Notes under the pieces: generated by a model
Databases searched by the model: none
The model's input: only the letters and a program-made list of their open reading frames with translations
Told to the model about the DNA's origin: nothing
Program-made: the position numbers and the translations under genes
In this document: in pieces, positions 58,228 to 64,000 of the stretch
Position numbering within the stretch: position 1 is the first letter of the stretch
Layout of the letters: each line of letters begins with the position of its first letter
Assembly (NCBI GenBank): GCA_963555995.3
Contig: OY821641.1
Location: forward strand, 2,144,001 to 2,208,000
Direction of reading: 5' to 3'
Length of the DNA: 64,000 nt
Source: Vicinamibacteria bacterium
Lineage (GTDB): Bacteria; Acidobacteriota; Vicinamibacteria; Marinacidobacterales; Marinacidobacteraceae

Positions 58228-59099
58228 GGCGAGTCCTCGCGCCGGCCTGCATCGCCCAGGTAGGCGGCGATCACCGCCGGGTCCTTTCGGACCTCCCGCG
58301 GACTCCCCTGCGCGATCCGGCGTCCGAAGTCCAGCACCACCACCCGGTCGGCGATGTCCATGACCACGTCCATGTCGTGGTCCACGACCACCACGGTGAC
58401 GCCCTGCTCCTCGTGGACGTCGAGGATGAAGCGCGCCATGGACTCCTTCTCCTCGGCGTTCATCCCGGCCGTCGGCTCGTCCAGCAGGAGGAGATGCGGA
58501 TCGAGCGCCAGGGCGCGCGCCATCTCCACCAGCCGCTGGTTCCCGTAGGCCAGACTCCCCACCACCGCGCTCCTGAGCGGCTCCAGGTGCAGGAAGTCCA
58601 GAACCCGCTCCACGTACTTGCGGTGCTCGATCTCCCGCTCGCGCTGGCCGCCCCAGTAGAGGCCGCCGCTCAGCACGCCGCCGTTCATGTGCACATGGCG
58701 GCCCAGCATCAGGTTGTCGAGCACCGTCAGGTGCTTGAAGAGCTCGATGTTCTGGAAGGTGCGCGCCACCCCCAGCGCCGCGATGCGGTGCGGCGCCAGC
58801 CGGTGGAGCGCGTGCCGCGCCCCGTCGCGCCCGGTCAGGGTGATGCTCCCCGCCTGCGGGCGGTAGAGGCCCGAGACGCAGTTCAGGACGCTCGTCTTCC
58901 CGGCGCCGTTGGGCCCGATGACGGCCAGCAGCTCGCCGCCCCGCACGTCCATCGTGAGTCCCGAGAGCGACGTCACCCCCCCGAACCGGAGAGTGAGATC
59001 GGAAAGCTCCAGGAGAGAACCCTCACCGCCCGGTTTCACGGCTTCGTTGCGGCCCACGGGATCGAGGTGGGTTGTGGCGGACACACCGGTCAGGAACAC
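58224..59099 (-). CDS. livG: Branched-chain amino acid-type ABC ATPase
   Basis: GPNGAGKT, RTFQN, LAYGNQRLVE, LDEPTAG, AAYLG; true start may be about 59040. Confidence 0.9.
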   Translation of the reverse strand: MFLTGVSATTHLDPVGRNEAVKPGGEGSLLELSDLTLRFGGVTSLSGLTMDVRGGELLAVIGPNGAGKTSVLNCVSGLYRPQAGSITLTGRDGARHALHRLAPHRIAALGVARTFQNIELFKHLTVLDNLMLGRHVHMNGGVLSGGLYWGGQREREIEHRKYVERVLDFLHLEPLRSAVVGSLAYGNQRLVEMARALALDPHLLLLDEPTAGMNAEEKESMARFILDVHEEQGVTVVVVDHDMDVVMDIADRVVVLDFGRRIAQGSPREVRKDPAVIAAYLGDAGRREDSP

Positions 59100-59102
59100 T
59101 GC

Positions 59103-59483
59103 CTACGCCGGGAGCACGTCCACCTCGTACTGCCGAATCCGCCGATCCCTCGTCACCAGCGTCAAGCCTTCCATCCGCGCCTGGGCGATCAGGAACCGGT
59201 CGAACGGGTCCCGATGGTGCATCGGCAGAGCCGCCGCCTGCTCGGCCTGCTCGAAGGTCAGCGGCAGGTGGGTAAACCTCCGCTCTTCAACCGCGGCGGC
59301 CAGGTTCCGTGGCGCTCGCAGGTGACCCCTGTCTCGCTTGACGGTGATTTCCCAAGCGGTCACGGCGCTGACGAAGACGTCGTTCCGTAGATCCACGATC
59401 GCAGCCCGAGCAGGTTCCCGCAGCCGTTCCACATCCGACAGCGCCCACACCAGAACGTGCGTGTCCAGCAGCAGACGCGCCAC
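59103..59483 (-). CDS. vapC: PIN-domain toxin
   Basis: LLLDTHVLVW, SAVTAWEI, HRDPFDRFLIAQA, LVTRD. Confidence 0.9.
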   Translation of the reverse strand: MARLLLDTHVLVWALSDVERLREPARAAIVDLRNDVFVSAVTAWEITVKRDRGHLRAPRNLAAAVEERRFTHLPLTFEQAEQAAALPMHHRDPFDRFLIAQARMEGLTLVTRDRRIRQYEVDVLPA

Positions 59484-59485
59484 GA

Positions 59486-59737
59486 TCAGTCTTCGTCCGG
59501 GAAGATCTTCGAGTTCTCGATGGCTTCTTCGAGTTCCGGGATGGGATCGTCAAAGTTCGGCGACATCCAGATCTGGCCCTCATAGCCGCCCAGTTTCCGC
59601 TCCCCACGGTGTTCCCGGTAGGGCTCCAATCGAAGATACGGCTCTCCGGCCCGGGCGATCACGACCTCCTCTCCTTCCCAGGCGAGCCGCCCCAGGCGCG
59701 AGAGTTGGGACTTCGCTTCATGCATGTTCACTTTCAT
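59486..59737 (-). CDS. Phd/YefM-like antitoxin
   Basis: VNMHEAKSQLSRL...GEEVVIARAGEP and G.IW.SPNFDDP motifs; immediately upstream of vapC. Confidence 0.85.
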   Translation of the reverse strand: MKVNMHEAKSQLSRLGRLAWEGEEVVIARAGEPYLRLEPYREHRGERKLGGYEGQIWMSPNFDDPIPELEEAIENSKIFPDED

Positions 59738-59744
59738 GGTCTCT

Positions 59745-59773
59745 CCATGGCTAAGCCAAGCTAAGTCTTGCAT
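59745..59773 (-). promoter_or_regulatory. Putative TA autoregulatory operator
   Basis: GGCTAAGCC near-palindrome and repeated GCTAAG just upstream of the antitoxin RBS. Confidence 0.3.
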
Positions 59774-59907
59774 GAGTCGCCGGCCTGGTCAACGAAGACG
59801 GCCAGGATGAACGACATGAGCCGGGCCATCCGCCGGCCTTCGTACTGATCCCGCACCGGGGCCAACTCCCGCGTACGCGGCGCCGGCGCCGCCGCGGGTC
59901 GGCTCAT
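59761..59907 (-). pseudogene. Short remnant of a Bcr/CflA-type MFS efflux gene
   Basis: 48-aa ORF containing VRDQYEGRRMARLMSFILAVF, resembling the Bcr/CflA TM4-5 loop. Confidence 0.4.
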
Positions 59908-60005
59908 GCCCGGCGCCGGTCCACCGGTAGGGTCCCGCTCGCCGTCATCGGGGCCTCCGTCAACCCATCCCTCGCGAGGACGCGGCCCCGTTCCCGAGCG
60001 GCGTC

Positions 60006-60896
60006 TCAGCGGAAGCGAAGACGGTTGTTCGGAGCTTTTTCCACTCGCTCGTAGATGGCCAGCGCTTCCGGCAGCGCCTCCCAGAGGTCCTCTGCCCGGG
60101 TGTCGTGCGACGGATGGGTGGAGAGGAACTCCGGCCTCCGCCCTTCGGACAGGGCCTCCATGCGCTCCCAGAAGGCGACCGCCTCCCGCGGGTCGTACCC
60201 CGCCTCGGCGGCGAGCAGGAGCCCGATGTAGTCCGCCTCCGACTCGTGGAGCCGGCTGAACGGGAGCGACACCGTCAGTCCGAAGGCGATCCCCGCCAAC
60301 GCCCGGGCCTCCGGGGTCACCCCGAGCGCTTCACTGACCACCGCGGTCCCCACGGACATCGAGAGCTGCCGGCTCATCCGCTCGGACCCGTGGCGCGCCA
60401 GCGCGTGCGCCACCTCGTGGCCCATCACGACCGCCAGCCCCGCCTCCGTCTGCGCCACCGGGAACATCCCGGTGTAAATGCCGATCTGGCCGCCCGGCAG
60501 CGCCCAGGCGTTGCGCACCCGGGAGTTGCGGATCACCGTGTAGTTCCACTCGAAGCGCTCGGCGCGGGCGGCATACGGGGACTCGAGGGCCGCCTGGACG
60601 ATCCGCTCGCCCACCCGCCGCACCGGAGCGGTCTCCCACGGGAACCACGAGACTCGCGCATCCGAATCCTCCATGTGCGCTTCGAAGGCGGCCTGGCCCA
60701 GCGAGACTTCGAAGGACTCCGGCAACAGCAGCAACTGCGACCGCCCGGTGTAGGGGTTCGTGGAGCAGCCCACCACCGCCAGTCCGACCGCCAGGGCGAC
60801 GGCCGTCGCCCGCGATGGTCCCGCCGGACGCCTGCCCGCAGCGTCACAGCCCCTCACGCGCACGGACGCGCCTCCGTCATTCGGCGCCCGCCGCAC
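60006..60896 (-). CDS. M48 zinc metalloprotease lipoprotein (LoiP/Oma1-like)
   Basis: Lipobox VVGC, NAWALPGG, GHEVAH, ESEAD, FLSTHPS; start uncertain. Confidence 0.9.
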   Translation of the reverse strand: MRRAPNDGGASVRVRGCDAAGRRPAGPSRATAVALAVGLAVVGCSTNPYTGRSQLLLLPESFEVSLGQAAFEAHMEDSDARVSWFPWETAPVRRVGERIVQAALESPYAARAERFEWNYTVIRNSRVRNAWALPGGQIGIYTGMFPVAQTEAGLAVVMGHEVAHALARHGSERMSRQLSMSVGTAVVSEALGVTPEARALAGIAFGLTVSLPFSRLHESEADYIGLLLAAEAGYDPREAVAFWERMEALSEGRRPEFLSTHPSHDTRAEDLWEALPEALAIYERVEKAPNNRLRFR

Positions 60897-61023
60897 GCCG
60901 CGAATCTCATCGAACCGTCGGATGGACTCCTTCTACCGGCTACCAAAATGAATGTTGTCAACCTCGTCCCAAGTATAAGGCGGGCTTCCCGCCGCCTCGC
61001 TCGTCCTGCCCCCGGCGCGATCA

Positions 61024-61200
61024 GCTTGGAGCGCCGGCTTCAGCCGGCACGCACTGCGCAACAGCGCAGCGCCCGGCAAGACGCCGACCGGCGCGACGGC
61101 GCTCCCCGCTCGGTGCCGCGCCGCGAACAGCGACACGAAATCCGCGGGCCTTCGGCCCGCTGTGCCGCTCTGAAGAGCGGCGTTCCCAGCCGCTTTCGTC
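61024..61200. repeat. REP doublet
   Basis: GCTTGGAGCGCCGGCTTCAGCCGGCAC ... GTGCCGCTCTGAAGAGCGGCGTTCCCAGC. Confidence 0.8.
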
Positions 61201-61254
61201 TGAGAAGAAGACGAGCCCCACGGCATACCCGGCTCGGAGCGACAACCGAAGCCT

Positions 61255-62589
61255 TTACCTCTCCCTCTCCGGGCGTGCCCGGTACTTCTCGTAGAGGCTC
61301 TGGTGGCGGTTGTCGAGGGACACCGGCACGCCGTTCACGAAGACGTGTTCCACCTGGGTGCGGATCTCCAGGGGGTCGCCGTTCACCACGATGAGGTTGG
61401 CGACCTTCCCCTCTTCAAGGGTTCCGAAGTCCTCCGCCAGCCCGAAGAGCTGCGCGGGAACCACGGTGATCGCCCGAATCGCGGCCTCCTGCGGGAGCCC
61501 GTAGCCCACCGCGTGCCCCGCTTCGTAGGGCAGGAGCCGCGAGTTCGAGGATCCGAAGGTGGCGAAGGCGACCGTCAATCCCGCTTCGTGGAGCTCCCCC
61601 GGGGTCGTGAACGGCTTGTCGTAGGGCTCGTCCTCCTCACCCGGGAGCCGCTGGGTCGGCCCCAGGATCACCGGGACCCCGTGCTCGACGAGGAGTTCCT
61701 TCACCTTCCAGGCCTCGCTCCCACCCAGCAGGATCATCTTGACCCCCTGCTCCGTCGTGAACTCGACTGCTCCCCGGATCTCGCGCTCGCTCTGGGCCAG
61801 GATCAGCAGGGGCATCTCCCCCGCGACCACGGGTCCGAGCGCCGCCAGCCGGATGTCGCGCTGCCGGGCTCCGGCCTCGCCGGCCGCCGCGTAGCGGCGC
61901 GCCGCATCGAGCACCTCGCCCAGTTCGGCGACCTGACGGTCGTACTCCTCCCGCGCCTCGCGGAAGGAACGTCGCTCCGCCCGGAAGGTCGCGGGATTGA
62001 ACGACCGCGTCGAGAGCGTCGGCCAGGTCAGCACCATGCCGGCCGAGGCGTTGATGTCCATCTCCTCCACCGTCCAGCCGTCGAGGTGGACGATGGACGC
62101 CTGCCCGCTGATCCCGGCGCCCCCGCCGCCGAAGCCGCCCAACCGGCCGGGCGCCACCACCGCGTGGGTAATTCCGTTGGCGCGCGCCACCGGCAGGTGC
62201 TCGCTCGAGGGATGGATCGCGGTGGCCGCTCGCAGGTGGGGGTTCATCTCCCCCAGTTCCACCGTGTCCACGGTGGCGCTGATGGAGCCGATCTCGGTGA
62301 GGCCGAGCTGGCTCACCGAATCCATCATCCCCGGATAGACGTCCATCCCCGCGGCATCAATCACGGCGGCGCCGGCGGGCGCCGTAACGTCAGCCCCGAT
62401 CTCGACGATGCGGCCGTCGCGGATCAGGATGGAACCCGACTCGATGGGCTCGGCTCCCTCGGCGAGCGTGTGGATGCGGGCGTTCGTGATGACCCACGAC
62501 TCCTCTTCCTGCGCCGTCGCGAACGCGGAGGCGCCGGTCAGCGCCAGCGCGAGCGCGAGCGCGAGGGCGTTCTTCGCCAGCCGGGTCAT
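61255..62589 (-). CDS. Amidohydrolase-family protein, probably non-catalytic
   Basis: Signal peptide; YPGMMDSVSQLG in place of D-x-H-x-H; GTLEEGKVANL; GDPL. Confidence 0.8.
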   Translation of the reverse strand: MTRLAKNALALALALALTGASAFATAQEEESWVITNARIHTLAEGAEPIESGSILIRDGRIVEIGADVTAPAGAAVIDAAGMDVYPGMMDSVSQLGLTEIGSISATVDTVELGEMNPHLRAATAIHPSSEHLPVARANGITHAVVAPGRLGGFGGGGAGISGQASIVHLDGWTVEEMDINASAGMVLTWPTLSTRSFNPATFRAERRSFREAREEYDRQVAELGEVLDAARRYAAAGEAGARQRDIRLAALGPVVAGEMPLLILAQSEREIRGAVEFTTEQGVKMILLGGSEAWKVKELLVEHGVPVILGPTQRLPGEEDEPYDKPFTTPGELHEAGLTVAFATFGSSNSRLLPYEAGHAVGYGLPQEAAIRAITVVPAQLFGLAEDFGTLEEGKVANLIVVNGDPLEIRTQVEHVFVNGVPVSLDNRHQSLYEKYRARPERER

Positions 62590-63950
62590 CGCCGGACTCC
62601 TTCTCGCGGTCCCCCGCGTCTGCCCGGGCCGCGCCCGGCGTCGTCCCCCTCGGAGAGCTTCTCCTCGAGTTCGGCACGTTCGGCGGCCATGGCCTCCCGC
62701 ATCGCGAGGTCCTTGTCGCGGCTGAAGAGCATCTCTCCGTCCACGAAGGTCATCTGGTTCACCGCGTAGGTGCTCAGCGGATGCCGGTCGAAGATGGCGA
62801 GATCGGCGTCCTTCCCGGCTTCGATGGAACCCACCTTGTCAGCGATGCCGAGCTGGATCGCCGCATTGATGGTGATCATCTTGAGCGCCTCCTCCTCGCT
62901 CATCCCGCCCCACTTCACCGTCTTGGCGGCCTCCTGGTTCAGGTGGCGCGCCTCCTCGGCGCTGTCCGAGTTGATGGAGACGAGGATGCCCCGCTCGGTC
63001 ATGAGGGCCGCGTTGTGGGGAATCGCGTCATACGCCTCCACCTTGTAGGCCCACCAGTCGGAGAACGTGGACGCCCCCGCCCCGTGGGCGGCGATCTCGT
63101 TCGCGACCTTGTAGCCCTCGAGCACGTGCTGGAGGGTGGCGATCCGGACGCCGAACTCCTCGGCGACCCGCAGGAGCTGCAGGATCTCGTCCTGCCGGTA
63201 GCAGTGCGCGTGGACCAGCCGCGTCCCTTCGAGGACCTCGACCAGCGGTTCCAGCTTCATGTCCCGCCGCGGCGGCAGCACCCGCTCCCCCCGGGCCTTC
63301 GCCGCCTCGTAATCGCTGAACTCGTGGCGGTAGGCCTCCGCCTCGATGAACGCCTGCCGGATCACGTCCTGGACTCCCATCCGGGTGGCCGGATAGCGCC
63401 GCTCGACGCCGGCCGGCATCCCGCGGGACCGCTTGGGGTTCTCGCCGAGGGCGAACTTGATTCCCGGAGGGGCGCCCTCGAAGACCAACCCGGCGGCGTC
63501 CGCGCCCCAGCGGTGCTTGATGATCACGTTGAGGCCGCCGATCGGGTTGGCGCTGCCGTGGAGGATGTTGGAGGTGGTGACCCCGCCGGCGAGCTCCCGG
63601 TAGATGTTGACGTCGTACGGGTCCACCACGTCGCCCGTCCCGGTCATCGAGGACACCGCGACGGTGCCCTCGTTGATGGACTCGGCGGCGATGTGCGAAT
63701 GGGCGTCAATGATCCCGGGCATCACGAACATCCCCGTGGCATCAATCACCGTGGCGCCATCGGGAACGGTGACGCTGGCCCCAACCTCGGCGATCTGTCC
63801 GTCGCGAATCAGGACGTCTCCCGGCGAGAGCGTCCCCTCGGTCACGGTGAGCACCGTGCCGCCCCGGATCACGGTGTCCTGGGCGAAGGCGAGCGGCGCT
63901 CCGAGCAGGGCCGCCGCCACAAACAGCTTCGAGTGTCGCATCGTTCTCAT
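62586..63950 (-). CDS. Amidohydrolase (imidazolonepropionase-like)
   Basis: PGIIDAHSH, KFALGENPK, HAHCYRQDEI, INSDS, GKDADL. Confidence 0.9.
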   Translation of the reverse strand: MRTMRHSKLFVAAALLGAPLAFAQDTVIRGGTVLTVTEGTLSPGDVLIRDGQIAEVGASVTVPDGATVIDATGMFVMPGIIDAHSHIAAESINEGTVAVSSMTGTGDVVDPYDVNIYRELAGGVTTSNILHGSANPIGGLNVIIKHRWGADAAGLVFEGAPPGIKFALGENPKRSRGMPAGVERRYPATRMGVQDVIRQAFIEAEAYRHEFSDYEAAKARGERVLPPRRDMKLEPLVEVLEGTRLVHAHCYRQDEILQLLRVAEEFGVRIATLQHVLEGYKVANEIAAHGAGASTFSDWWAYKVEAYDAIPHNAALMTERGILVSINSDSAEEARHLNQEAAKTVKWGGMSEEEALKMITINAAIQLGIADKVGSIEAGKDADLAIFDRHPLSTYAVNQMTFVDGEMLFSRDKDLAMREAMAAERAELEEKLSEGDDAGRGPGRRGGPREGVRR

Positions 63951-64000
63951 CCTTCGTCCCTCGGGGTTTCCTCCCCGTCCGTTTCCTCTTCGCCGTCGGC
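63947..64000 (-). CDS. 3' end of an upstream gene, translationally coupled (ATGA overlap)
   Basis: Frame reads ...ADGEEETDGEETPRDEG* with its TGA overlapping the ATG at 63950. Confidence 0.5.
   Translation of the reverse strand, partial: ADGEEETDGEETPRDEG

Noticed and set aside
1-64000. RAYT/Y1 transposase, rRNA, tRNA, cas or phage genes
   Set aside because: No recognisable HUH transposase, cloverleaf, rRNA or phage/cas signatures were seen by eye

Overview
High-GC bacterial chromosomal window. The gene content would fit an Acidobacteriota-like or host-associated lineage, but that is inference only. Housekeeping and metabolic genes dominate: a polar amino-acid ABC transporter, M20/M14/M28/M48 peptidases, an RND efflux triad, an MpaB/Lcp-like oxygenase, addBA, PfkB+GH4, DUF3179, a 1-Cys peroxiredoxin, lepA-hemW, a D-aminoacylase, NhaC, TIGR04076+AKR, a liv-type ABC/acyl-CoA ligase cluster, vapBC and an amidohydrolase pair. 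On top of these sits a dense layer of selfish or repetitive DNA: an intact IS1634 and an intact IS21 with exact ends and target duplications, a MITE family whose ends overlap stop codons, a REP/REPIN-like palindrome family with compensatory stem variation (one copy in-frame inside addA, plus a 279-bp tandem array), and a 32-bp tandem array split by the IS21. The most intriguing locus is an IS110-derived ORF (44887-45708) that lacks both the RuvC/DEDD domain and the catalytic serine yet stays open, and is preceded by potentially structured non-coding DNA. No rRNA, tRNA or CRISPR array was seen. All calls come from reading the sequence by eye; no database searches were run.
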